From: an uncultured Eubacteriales bacterium
Lineage (GTDB): Bacteria; Bacillota; Clostridia; Lachnospirales; CAMVHY01
Assembly (NCBI GenBank): GCA_948543815.1
Contig: CAOVHW010000001.1
Location: 138,413-202,412, forward strand
Direction: 5' to 3'
DNA: 64,000 nt
Positions 45,660-54,304 of the stretch are shown piece after piece. The notes beneath the pieces are model-generated. The model worked only from the letters and a program-made list of their open reading frames with translations. It ran no database searches and had not been told where the DNA came from. The translations under genes and the position numbers were made by a program. Numbering within the stretch: the stretch's first letter is position 1; every line of letters starts with the position of its first letter.

Positions 45660-45760
45660 AAAATAAAAATTTTGCCGAGAGTTTGAAAAACATGTTTGAC
45701 GGCTTCATTTATATTTTTAAAAATTTGAAATTGAATAATTACAAAACAGATATGATATGA
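45656..45760 (+). pseudogene. dgkA: 5' remnant (34 codons) of a diacylglycerol/undecaprenol kinase gene
   Basis: The ATG overlaps the ybeY stop (ATGA). MKNKNFAESLKNMFDGFIYIFKN matches the DgkA N-terminus (xFxxSFxxAxxGxxxxxxxExN) and then terminates. The expected ~120-aa TM body is absent. Confidence 0.6.
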
Positions 45761-46022
45761 AGCATATTAATTAGAAAAGTCAATTTGATATTAAAAATGT
45801 GATTTTGTAAGAAAATATTAGGAACAGTTATGAGTTACAGAGCGGACAAATAATGTATTGATAAAAATCAAATGTTTTTAATAAAAAAGATTTTATATAA
45901 AAATCACTTTTTTATTGATCAAAATTTTCAAATAAAGTTGTGTAAATAAATACTAAGTATTATAATTAAATTATAATTATTTTTAAGCAAATAAAAAGTC
46001 TAAAAAGCAAAGATGATTTTAT

Positions 46023-47990
46023 ATGGAAGATCAAATGATAAATCTGGAAGAACAAATGTCCAATTGGCAAAATGTTATTGATGAAATGAAGCGTTCGGAA
46101 AATTTCAACGAAAGTATAGTATTACAAGACAAAGATGAATCTAAATTTACATTTAAAAAAATTGGTGATGATCTTAAATCTAATGCTGGATTTGATCAAG
46201 TAATTCATCCAACACAAATAAGCATAAAAGAGCAAGAAGCAAATATGAATGCATTACTAGACAAAGTTCTTGAATTTAAAAAACAATATTTTGAAGATTT
46301 TGTAAGTCGACATAAAAGTAAGTATCCTAATGCTAATGTTGAACTAACGATGCAAGATATGCTCTTGCAAAAATATACAAGAGCAGTTATGAGTGATGCA
46401 CATGGCGATTTATTTTCATTATTGTCTGCATTATGTACAATTGGATTTGTAAATGTATCAAAAAATCATTTTTTATATTTTAATTTAACAACAAAGCAAT
46501 TTGTAAAAAGAGAAGAATGCTACCGAATATTTACAGAAAAAATGGAAAAAGAATTTGGAACTCCCTTTTTTGTTGATATTTTTTTGGAACATGCAGAATC
46601 TTTTTTTTGTATTATTAATGATAAAAATGAAAAAATGACGAAAAAAATTGAATTATTGAATAAATACATAAGAGAAAAAAATATATCAAATTTGAGTATT
46701 AGTGCAAATAATGATGTGATAAATTTTAATTTTGCAAAAATTACCATACAAGTCAATAAAATTGTTAAAAAATTCGTTTTATTTGGTTCTGATGAGAAAC
46801 AAAAATTTATTATAAATATAAGTAAAAAAAAATATTGTATAAATGTAATTTTTGATGTTAATAAAAATGAATATATATATAAGCTAAAGCAATGTTTTAC
46901 AGAATGGAAAAACAATTTTCTGAAAGAATTTTTTAGTAAAAATATTAATTCAATTTTTTATGTTATACCAATGTTATCTATAAATCCAATTGCTCTTGAG
47001 GCTCCGGAGCTTTTTGGAAAATTTATTGATTTGGGAGATTGTATTGACAGGGGGTCTGAAACTGTAGCCTGTCTTGTAACTTATGCACTTTTATCAAAGG
47101 CGATGCCTGATTCAATAAAATGTATGCTTGGTAATCATGAAGCTATGCAATCAATGCTTAGATGTGACGATGGTAATTGTTTTTTAGATTTTATTAATTT
47201 TTGTATTGAAAATCAATTGCTAAAACCGGGATATATTGAATCCAATAAAATTGGGGATAAAACAATTTGGCGCTCATATTCACATACAATACTTACAAAA
47301 AAGCATTTGCCAAAACTATTTACTCTTTTAGTTATATCGTCATTTATAGCATCAATGAATGAAGAAGTTGTAGAAGTAGAAAAAATATCTGAGAATACAC
47401 AAATAATAATTAAATCATTTAAAAATTGCTCAAAGAGAGACTTTGATCCTTTAAAACGGCATTTAAGAAACAAATGGCCCGAAATATTTAATAATTTAAG
47501 CGAAGAATTGCGAAATAAATTAAAGAATTTTTTTAAAGATGAAGATTTAACAAAATTGCTTTTGAAATTTTTCATAGTTAATAATAAGGGCAAAACAATT
47601 TTTTATCAGGAATGGCAAAGTTTTTATTCAAAATTAATGGAGTTTGGGTTTACGAATAATGAATTTTTTGAATTGAAATTTGCTATGTGTAGTATTTTTT
47701 ATAATGAATATTATAAAACTGCCAATATTATTTGGAAAAATGTTTTTTTGGGTTTAGCCGAAGAAGATGCAAGATTTATGGGTTGGCTTTTTGGTGAAAG
47801 ATATGTTCCAGAAAATAAATGTGAGCTTTTTGATGATGTAATACAATATCTTGGTCATGATCACGCAAATTTCATATTAATGCCAGAAAACTTAGGCGGT
47901 CTTGTAATATATTTAGATACTTGTAGGAGCGCGGGGTATAGGACGGATAAAGAAGGATTGAATAATGAATCAAGATTAAATTTACTTTAA
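46023..47990 (+). CDS. Orphan 655-aa protein with split PPP/calcineurin-like metallophosphatase motifs
   Basis: SDAHGD (aa 124-129, nt 46392-46409), GDCIDRG (aa 338-344, nt 47034-), GNHE (aa 370-373, nt 47130-), GHDH (aa 611-614, nt 47853-), LDT near the C-terminus. The order is canonical but the motif I-II spacing is ~214 aa instead of ~25-30. Confidence 0.75.
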   Translation: MEDQMINLEEQMSNWQNVIDEMKRSENFNESIVLQDKDESKFTFKKIGDDLKSNAGFDQVIHPTQISIKEQEANMNALLDKVLEFKKQYFEDFVSRHKSKYPNANVELTMQDMLLQKYTRAVMSDAHGDLFSLLSALCTIGFVNVSKNHFLYFNLTTKQFVKREECYRIFTEKMEKEFGTPFFVDIFLEHAESFFCIINDKNEKMTKKIELLNKYIREKNISNLSISANNDVINFNFAKITIQVNKIVKKFVLFGSDEKQKFIINISKKKYCINVIFDVNKNEYIYKLKQCFTEWKNNFLKEFFSKNINSIFYVIPMLSINPIALEAPELFGKFIDLGDCIDRGSETVACLVTYALLSKAMPDSIKCMLGNHEAMQSMLRCDDGNCFLDFINFCIENQLLKPGYIESNKIGDKTIWRSYSHTILTKKHLPKLFTLLVISSFIASMNEEVVEVEKISENTQIIIKSFKNCSKRDFDPLKRHLRNKWPEIFNNLSEELRNKLKNFFKDEDLTKLLLKFFIVNNKGKTIFYQEWQSFYSKLMEFGFTNNEFFELKFAMCSIFYNEYYKTANIIWKNVFLGLAEEDARFMGWLFGERYVPENKCELFDDVIQYLGHDHANFILMPENLGGLVIYLDTCRSAGYRTDKEGLNNESRLNLL

Positions 47991-48096
47991 TTTAAAAACA
48001 AATTATGTAGCTTTAGGGGGAAATTCTATAATCCAAAAAACAAAGAAAAACGAAGTAGGTGAAAAAAGATTTTCTTCAACAAAATTAATTCAAAAT

Positions 48097-48714
48097 ATGT
48101 TATTTGAAAGTAGTGAAATTAGGAACTTAAAATCTATTGTTAGCACCAAAATTATAGAAACAAATCAATTAAAAAAAGGACTTACCGAACAAAATCGAGA
48201 AAATGAGACAATTCAAACACAATTGAAAGAAGCAAATGAAAATATTAAAAATAAAGAAGAAGAGCTTAAAGCCAAACAAGAAGAATTTAACAATCAAAAT
48301 GAAGAAATAAATCAATTAAAATCAAAATTTAAAGAACAAAAAGAAATAATGAAAAAATTTCAAGAAAAAAATTTAGCTAAAAAAATTACTAAGGGAACAA
48401 TTGTTTTAAGTATTTTTTCCTTCGCTATCGCAATAAGTTTAGGAATACTTGCTCCAATAGGCGTAGGTGTAATAGCTTCTTTATCTATGTTGAGTACGAT
48501 ATTTTTAGTTGGAACACCAACTCTTGTAGGAACGATATTAGCTATTTGTAGTTGTATTTTCTATAAAAAATCAAAACAAAAAGATAATTACAATCAACTA
48601 AATTCATCAAATATCAAATCAAACGATAATCAAAAAAATTTTACAACAGTACCACAAAAAAATTCCGTTCCATTACAACAAAGAGATAAAGTTAACTATC
48701 AAACAAAATTTTAA
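48097..48714 (+). CDS. Coiled-coil protein with a C-terminal hydrophobic (2-3 TM) block and an N/Q-rich tail
   Basis: aa ~20-95 are K/E/Q/N-rich with heptad character (KEANENIKNKEEELKAKQEEFNNQNEEINQLKSKFKEQKEIMKKFQEK). Then ITKGTIVLSIFSFAIAISLGILAPIGVGVIASLSMLSTIFLVGTPTLVGTILAICSCIFY. Confidence 0.65.
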   Translation: MLFESSEIRNLKSIVSTKIIETNQLKKGLTEQNRENETIQTQLKEANENIKNKEEELKAKQEEFNNQNEEINQLKSKFKEQKEIMKKFQEKNLAKKITKGTIVLSIFSFAIAISLGILAPIGVGVIASLSMLSTIFLVGTPTLVGTILAICSCIFYKKSKQKDNYNQLNSSNIKSNDNQKNFTTVPQKNSVPLQQRDKVNYQTKF

Positions 48715-48728
48715 ATAACCAAATAAAA

Positions 48729-48758
48729 AAGATTGAGCACGAAACTCAATCTTTTTTT
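48729..48758 (+). terminator. Intrinsic terminator
   Basis: AGATTGAG-CACGAAA-CTCAATCT plus a T-run. Confidence 0.8.
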
Positions 48759-49108
48759 ATGGAAAAATTTATTTAACAAAACATAAAGCAAATGTAAAAA
48801 TAAAATATAAACCAGCTGAAATATAATTTTTTTTTTTAATTAAAGTTGATAATATCAATATTTGCAAAAAAATATATTTTGAATAGTGTTTCGTAAGTTT
48901 AATTATTTTGATGAATATGTCATTAAAGATGTGGTTTATTAACATTAAGTTGTTTTATTTAAGAATTTTACTTTATTCAATAATTGGATTTTAATATTAA
49001 ATTATATATCTATTATTATAATGATAAATCATAAAAAATAATTCAAATAGTTTTATTATATAAATATATAATATATTAATGTTTATTATTTGTTTAATAT
49101 TTTTTTGT

Positions 49109-49548
49109 CTAGATTTTTGGATTACATTCAATTAATTCTGCTGTTACTTTATAAGCAAAAGGTGAAAGAAGATTAAAATTAGTTTCACTTATATTAATCC
49201 AACAAGCACCAAGTGAATCTAACCCATCACCGTCTAATTTTAAATTTGTAAAATTATTTGATATAACTTCATAAATAATACCGACATGATGTAAATTTTC
49301 AATTTCTCCATTATTATCCCATTCAATATTATATGTATAAACATTGTGTAATTTAGCTTTTTCTGTATTAAGACCTGTTTCTTCTTTTATCTCACGTTTT
49401 AAACATTGTATTATATCTTCACCATGTTCAAGTCCTCCACCTGGCAAATCAAATTTTCCAATATATGCACCTCTGCTTTTTTTATCAGTAATATTTTATT
49501 GTTTTTAATTATTATTCCATATACGCTTAAATGTCTATGATTTTTCAT
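49109..49548 (-). pseudogene. Nudix hydrolase gene disrupted by a frameshift in a homopolymer (T7 on the + strand, 49477-49483)
   Basis: SD AGGTGA plus ATG 49548 opens MKNHRHLSVYGIIIKNNKILLIKK. One extra A would join it in frame to SRGAYIGKFDLPGGGLEHGEDIIQCLKREIKEETGL (Nudix box GX5EX7REUXEEXGU). Confidence 0.75.
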
Positions 49549-49775
49549 TTTATATCACCTGTTTTTTATTAATGTTCAAATTGATATTCATCTAATATTT
49601 CTTGTTGAGGTATTTTTTACGAATTTGTAGTAATAACTTGTATGTTAAAAATTTTGAAGTTATTCTCAAGGTAAAATGTGAGATTTGTACGCATTAAAGT
49701 TTTCAAAATCTTAACCAACGTATTTTAAATTGTTGCTTTTATATCAATAAATAAAAATATAGGAAGATTGTTTGT

Positions 49776-50595
49776 ATGAAAAAAATAATTAAAAATGATG
49801 ACTTTAATACAAATTCAAACAATAACCCAACTAAATATACACAACCAAGTTTACCTCCGTTTGTGATTAGTCGAGCAAAATCAATTGGAACTATCGGTGA
49901 AGTATGGCTTGATAACCTTGACAGTATGATATTTGAGATGGAAAAGATGTGGAATATTTCTGTTGGGAAAGTTTTATCAGGTAGTACGCACGCTTTTGTT
50001 GATTATGCAGATGGACAGAATGGTGAAAAGTATGTTCTGAAATTAGATATGCCTGAAAATCTCGGCAATAAATTTTATAATATAGAATGTTCTGTTTTTG
50101 AACAACTACAGATTGTCTGCTTTGTACTACAAAAGGTTTGGGAAATTTCTATTACAAATGTTGATTTGCTAAGTGAAAAAGAAGGTATATCGCAGTTTAG
50201 AGAGCATATTAAAAAAACATGGAAAAAATTAAAACGGCCATGTTTGCGTGAAGTAAGTGAAAGAGCATTTTTTATTTAAAATCAAGAGAAGAAGCTATCA
50301 ATCCAGCAGAATTTGGATTTATTTATGGTGATGTCTATAGTGGAAATACAATCAAAGAACAATCAGTTGAAAGGTTTAAAGTGATTGATCCAGATAATAT
50401 TATTTATGAAAAGCCTATGGTTTAGGTGTTTTTATGAGAGAATGGATTAAACCATTAAAGAAGGAAAAGAAACGCTGCAGGTACTTATACCAACTGACAG
50501 GTATTTCTGAAAAAGTAATTTTGGAATGGGAATATTTACAAACTGTTTCTAATGCTTTTATATTATTGCAAATTAAGCAAGAGGCATTTGGCTGA
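49776..50595 (+). pseudogene. APH(6)/streptomycin-6-kinase-family aminoglycoside phosphotransferase pseudogene
   Basis: The N-terminal part is intact (AKSIGTIGEVWLDNLDSMIFEMEKMWNISVGKVLSGSTHAFVDYADGQNGEKYVLKLDMPE). Stop at 50277. The homology continues in two other frames (FIYGDVYSGN...FKVIDPDNIIYE; YGLGVFMREWIKPL...ILEWEYLQTVSNAF). The catalytic HGDLH motif is degraded to YGDVY. Confidence 0.65.
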
Positions 50596-50661
50596 GTATT
50601 GGGTTGATGTATAAGTGAAATTGGAATACAATTATTTTGCAATGATTTTACGTTTTCATTT

Positions 50662-50943
50662 TTAATTTTTTGGTAAATCTTTTTTGTAACGTTTAACTGT
50701 ACATAATACAAATAAAAAAATGTGACATTTTATGACAGTTTCAGCGCTGCCATGCTGTATCATAGCTAAGATTGCTAAAATTGCGAGACCAACATCAGCG
50801 ATAAAATAAAAAATGAAACCCAGAGTCCATAATTTTCCGGATTGAAGGCCGAGATAAGGTGGAAAAATTACATTACCAGCGCCAAAAAACATTGCAAAGA
50901 GTGCGAAACCTATAACTATTACATCATTTAAATTACGTTTCAT
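50662..50943 (-). pseudogene. brnQ: 5' stub of a branched-chain amino acid transporter (LIVCS/BrnQ) gene
   Basis: The first ~70 aa match BrnQ (GFALFAMFFGAGNVIFPPYLGLQSG...GLAILAILAM). The ORF then runs into unrelated sequence and stops. A full BrnQ is ~440 aa. Confidence 0.65.
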
Positions 50944-51032
50944 TAAAAATCTCCTTTTAAAATTTTACAATTTATTATAGCATAATAAAGGAATTTTTAA
51001 AATTCAAATGCGGTATGAAAAAGAATACTAAA

Positions 51033-51082
51033 TAAAAAAAATAACCTCTTTTATTAAACCGAAAAATTTAATAAAAGAGGTT
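51033..51082 (-). terminator. Intrinsic terminator of the methyltransferase gene
   Basis: 14-bp stem AACCTCTTTTATTA / TAATAAAAGAGGTT. The T-run is on the minus strand. Confidence 0.7.
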
Positions 51083-51090
51083 GATTTATA

Positions 51091-51816
51091 TTACAAAATA
51101 CATTCATATAAAAACATTTTAGCTTGATTATTTATAGCAATTGACTTATCAAAATCAGAATATACAGTAATTTTGTTAAAATGTATTTGACGCAAAATAT
51201 TTTCCATTTCTCCGAATTCATAAAGATGTGTTTGGAAATCCATTTGTTCAGATTGTAATAAATTTTTGCCATCATATAATTCATAAATGCCTGGAGAAAA
51301 TTGTGTATGTGTTTGCGCGTCATAATGATTTTTAGTTTTTAGAATCAAATCATAATTTTCTTTTGTTTTTACGGCTAATACGGTATCATCTTCACAACAA
51401 TTTGCTATTGTATCAACAGCGAAAATAAATTTCCCATTTGTTTTTAATAAATTTTTCATTTTTTGAAGAATATTTTGACATAATTTCATATCTGTAAACA
51501 AAGATACTGAGCCAGAAGTAATAAAAATATAATCAAATTTTTCATCTGTTTGATAATGTTCAATATTCAATTGAATAATTTTAGCGTTAGGAGATTTTTG
51601 TTTTAATTTAGAAATCATTTCAGCAGAATTATCTATTCCTTTAATGTCAAATCCTTTTTTTAAAAATGGGACGAGAAATCTACCGCTTCCACATAATGCT
51701 TCTAAAATATTTTCATTTTTTTTAGCGTATGACAAATAAAATTTCAATTCATCTTGCGGAGGATTCTTATGCAATATTTCATACATTTCGGTGCATAAAC
51801 TACCATAATAATTCAT
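51091..51816 (-). CDS. Class I SAM-dependent methyltransferase
   Basis: Motif I ILEALCGSGRF, followed by GIDNSAEMI. ATG 51816 (MNYYGSLCTEMYE) is preferred over the track start 51879. Confidence 0.7.
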   Translation of the reverse strand: MNYYGSLCTEMYEILHKNPPQDELKFYLSYAKKNENILEALCGSGRFLVPFLKKGFDIKGIDNSAEMISKLKQKSPNAKIIQLNIEHYQTDEKFDYIFITSGSVSLFTDMKLCQNILQKMKNLLKTNGKFIFAVDTIANCCEDDTVLAVKTKENYDLILKTKNHYDAQTHTQFSPGIYELYDGKNLLQSEQMDFQTHLYEFGEMENILRQIHFNKITVYSDFDKSIAINNQAKMFLYECIL

Positions 51817-51920
51817 GATAATCACTTTTTTCCTAAAAATTATATTTGTGATGAAATAATTTTTTGTAACGTTTAACATTTTTGCACATAAATTATAAAT
51901 AAAAAAAAGGTGACGGTTTT

Positions 51921-52511
51921 ATGAATGAAATTTGTTATGTAAGATTTTTAAATGCTTCAGCAAATTCACCCGCTTTTGATATTTATGTTAATGATAAACT
52001 TTTTGCGAGTGCACTAAGTTATAAAAACTTTACGGAATATTTTAAAGGAAATATGGGTGAGTACAACATAAAAATTTATAAAGCTGGCGATAAAAAAAAT
52101 ATTATTTTACAGGAAAATGTTGAACTATTTATGAACAATATTTATACGATAGCGATAATAGATATTTCAAACGGTTTGACATTAAATTTAATAGGTGACC
52201 ATTTACGTAGTCTTGATAAAAATTATGCGTATATAAGATTTATAAATTTATCGCCAAGTTTACGAAATTTAGATATCGTTATAAATAACGTACTTGTAAT
52301 TTCAGATTTAGAGTATGGTGTTGAGTCAAATTATCTTAAAATTTTACCCGGCACTTATAATTTTAAAGCTATTTCGTATGGGGAATTAGTTCTCGAAAAT
52401 CCACGATTAGTTTTAGATGCTGGTAAAATTTATTCGGGATATATTGTAGGCAATGAGGGTGATATAAAAATTTTATTACCGCTTGAGGGTGCAACTTATT
52501 TGAAATTCTAA
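51921..52511 (+). CDS. DUF4397 domain protein
   Basis: Two repeats of the pattern (V/I)RF(L/I)N(A/L)SP...(D/L)DI(Y/V)(V/I)N, typical of DUF4397. Confidence 0.55.
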   Translation: MNEICYVRFLNASANSPAFDIYVNDKLFASALSYKNFTEYFKGNMGEYNIKIYKAGDKKNIILQENVELFMNNIYTIAIIDISNGLTLNLIGDHLRSLDKNYAYIRFINLSPSLRNLDIVINNVLVISDLEYGVESNYLKILPGTYNFKAISYGELVLENPRLVLDAGKIYSGYIVGNEGDIKILLPLEGATYLKF

Positions 52512-53176
52512 ACTAAATTATTTATCGCGTAAATTGCTGCTTCTTGTTCTGCTTCCTTTTTTGAATGGCCATGCCCTTTCCCAAGAATTTTATTTTCATG
52601 TGAAACTTGTGCAACATAAATTTTTTCATGTGCCGGCCCTGATTCATCAATTATCTCATATACTAATGGAATTTCACTTTTCTCTTGAAATATTTCTTGG
52701 AGGCGACTTTTTGCGTCAACAATATTATTTGTGTCCATTATTTCTTTCGTATTTGTAATGAGATTTAAAATAAAATTTTTCGCAGTAGCAAAATTACTAT
52801 CGAGAAATATTGCGGCAAATAAAGCTTCAGTTGCATCAGAAAGTATGGAATTTTTCTCACGGCCGCCATTAATTTCTTCACCATGACTTAATTTTAAAAA
52901 CTTACCCAGATTTATTTTTTTAGCAATGATAGCTAAACTTGTTTCACAAACTATTTTTGAACGGAAGCGGCTTAAATTCCCCTCATCCATTTTTTTATAA
53001 TTTTTAAATAAAAATTCACTAATTATTAGCTCTAAGACTGCGTCACCTAAAAATTCGAGACGCTCATTATTATCAGACGTATCGGATTTTTTTGTATATG
53101 AACTATGAGTTAATGCGCGCTCTAAAATTTTCTTATCGTTAAACTTATAGCCAATAATTTTTTCTAATTCCTGCAC
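52508..53176 (-). CDS. rnc: Ribonuclease III
   Basis: ERLEFLGDAVLEL signature and a C-terminal dsRBD (GPAHEKIYVAQV...GHGHSKKEAEQEAA). Confidence 0.94.
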   Translation of the reverse strand: MQELEKIIGYKFNDKKILERALTHSSYTKKSDTSDNNERLEFLGDAVLELIISEFLFKNYKKMDEGNLSRFRSKIVCETSLAIIAKKINLGKFLKLSHGEEINGGREKNSILSDATEALFAAIFLDSNFATAKNFILNLITNTKEIMDTNNIVDAKSRLQEIFQEKSEIPLVYEIIDESGPAHEKIYVAQVSHENKILGKGHGHSKKEAEQEAAIYAINNLV

Positions 53177-53179
53177 TAT

Positions 53180-53407
53180 TTATCCCTTCTTATTTTTTAT
53201 GTATTCAACTGCATCGCCAATTGTTTTTATTTTATCTGCATCATCATTTGAAAATTCGATACCAAATACGTCTTCAAGTTCTGTAATAATTTGAAATAAA
53301 TCAAGTGAGTCCGCATTTAAATCGTTATAAAATGATGTCTCTAATGTAATATTTTCTTTTTTGATATTAAATTGTTCGGCAATAATTTCACGTATCTTAT
53401 CAAACAT
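53180..53407 (-). CDS. acpP: Acyl carrier protein
   Basis: LNADSLDLFQIITELEDVFGIEF (DSL phosphopantetheine site). AAGGAGGTG SD before ATG 53407. Confidence 0.92.
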   Translation of the reverse strand: MFDKIREIIAEQFNIKKENITLETSFYNDLNADSLDLFQIITELEDVFGIEFSNDDADKIKTIGDAVEYIKNKKG

Positions 53408-53420
53408 TCCTATCACCTCC

Positions 53421-54281
53421 TTAGACTTTTAGCTCACGAAATCCACTACCTAAAACTTCATGTGCATCAGTAACAATAATAAAAGCATTCGGGTCAATTT
53501 CCTTCATCATTATTTTTAAGTTAAAAACTTCTTTATTATTCATAACACAAAATAAAATATCTTTTTCCTTTTTCGTATACATTCCTCGTCCAATTAAACT
53601 AGTAACACCACGATTCATCTGATTCAAAATTTTATCAGCTATCTCATCTGTTCTCTCAGAAATAATAAAAACAGATTTAGAGAATAAGAATCCCTCTAGC
53701 ATCATATCTAATACACGACTCGTAATAAATTCAGCAATAATTGCATACATCGCATTAGCCGCACCAAATGTAACAAATCCAGTCGCAATAATACAAGCGT
53801 CGATAGAGAACATAATTAATGCAACGGAGAATTGTTTGTACTTACTTTTTATAATGTTTGCAGCTAAATCGGTACCGCCAGTTGTTGAGTTATTACGAAA
53901 AACTAAACCGATTCCGATTCCAGTTAAAAATCCACCATAAATTGCACTAATAGTCAAGTCAAGTTCATCAACTTTAAAATTTTTTGTTAGTGCTAACATT
54001 GTCGAGAGAAAAATTATTGAGATAATTGTACGTAAAATAAATTTGAAACCATTTATACGCATTCCTAAAATTAAAAGTGGGATATTTAAAACGATTGTAG
54101 TGAGCCATAATGGAACGGGGAAATTAAAAAATTTTGCACCTAAAAATTGAATAACAATACTTAATCCGGTTATGCCGCCAGTAACTAAATTGTTTGACTC
54201 AAAAAAAATATTTGTTGCGGCAGCCATACAGAAAGTTCCGAGAAAAATAAAAAAATATTCTTTTATAACATTTTTTTTCAT
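53421..54281 (-). CDS. YitT family membrane protein (DUF2179 C-terminal domain)
   Basis: Five N-terminal hydrophobic helices with GGITG / GGTD motifs. Soluble C-terminus ...IIVTDAHEVLGSGF. Confidence 0.8.
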   Translation of the reverse strand: MKKNVIKEYFFIFLGTFCMAAATNIFFESNNLVTGGITGLSIVIQFLGAKFFNFPVPLWLTTIVLNIPLLILGMRINGFKFILRTIISIIFLSTMLALTKNFKVDELDLTISAIYGGFLTGIGIGLVFRNNSTTGGTDLAANIIKSKYKQFSVALIMFSIDACIIATGFVTFGAANAMYAIIAEFITSRVLDMMLEGFLFSKSVFIISERTDEIADKILNQMNRGVTSLIGRGMYTKKEKDILFCVMNNKEVFNLKIMMKEIDPNAFIIVTDAHEVLGSGFRELKV

Positions 54282-54304
54282 TGATATCTCCTAAGTTCTA
54301 AAGA

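Noticed and set aside
46520-47593. 131-aa and 126-aa minus-strand ORFs inside the 655-aa gene
   Set aside because: Shadow frames of an AT-rich gene. The sense frame is one uninterrupted 1968-nt ORF containing ordered phosphatase motifs.
48015-48031. AGGGGGA followed by ATA/ATC codons, as a non-canonical start extending the 205-aa ORF
   Set aside because: No ATG, GTG or TTG lies at suitable spacing. The adjacent CTATAAT could equally be a -10 box. It is noted inside finding 48097-48714 but not called as a feature.
48760-49108. ~350 bp of extremely AT-rich non-coding DNA as a possible ncRNA or origin-like region
   Set aside because: I saw no DnaA-box-like repeats, no stable GC-containing hairpins and no conserved motif. 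It is most simply degraded spacer within the decay zone.
50415-50711. 98-aa minus-strand ORF
   Set aside because: It lies antisense to the third-frame segment of the APH(6)-like pseudogene. The sense strand carries recognisable homology and this frame carries none.
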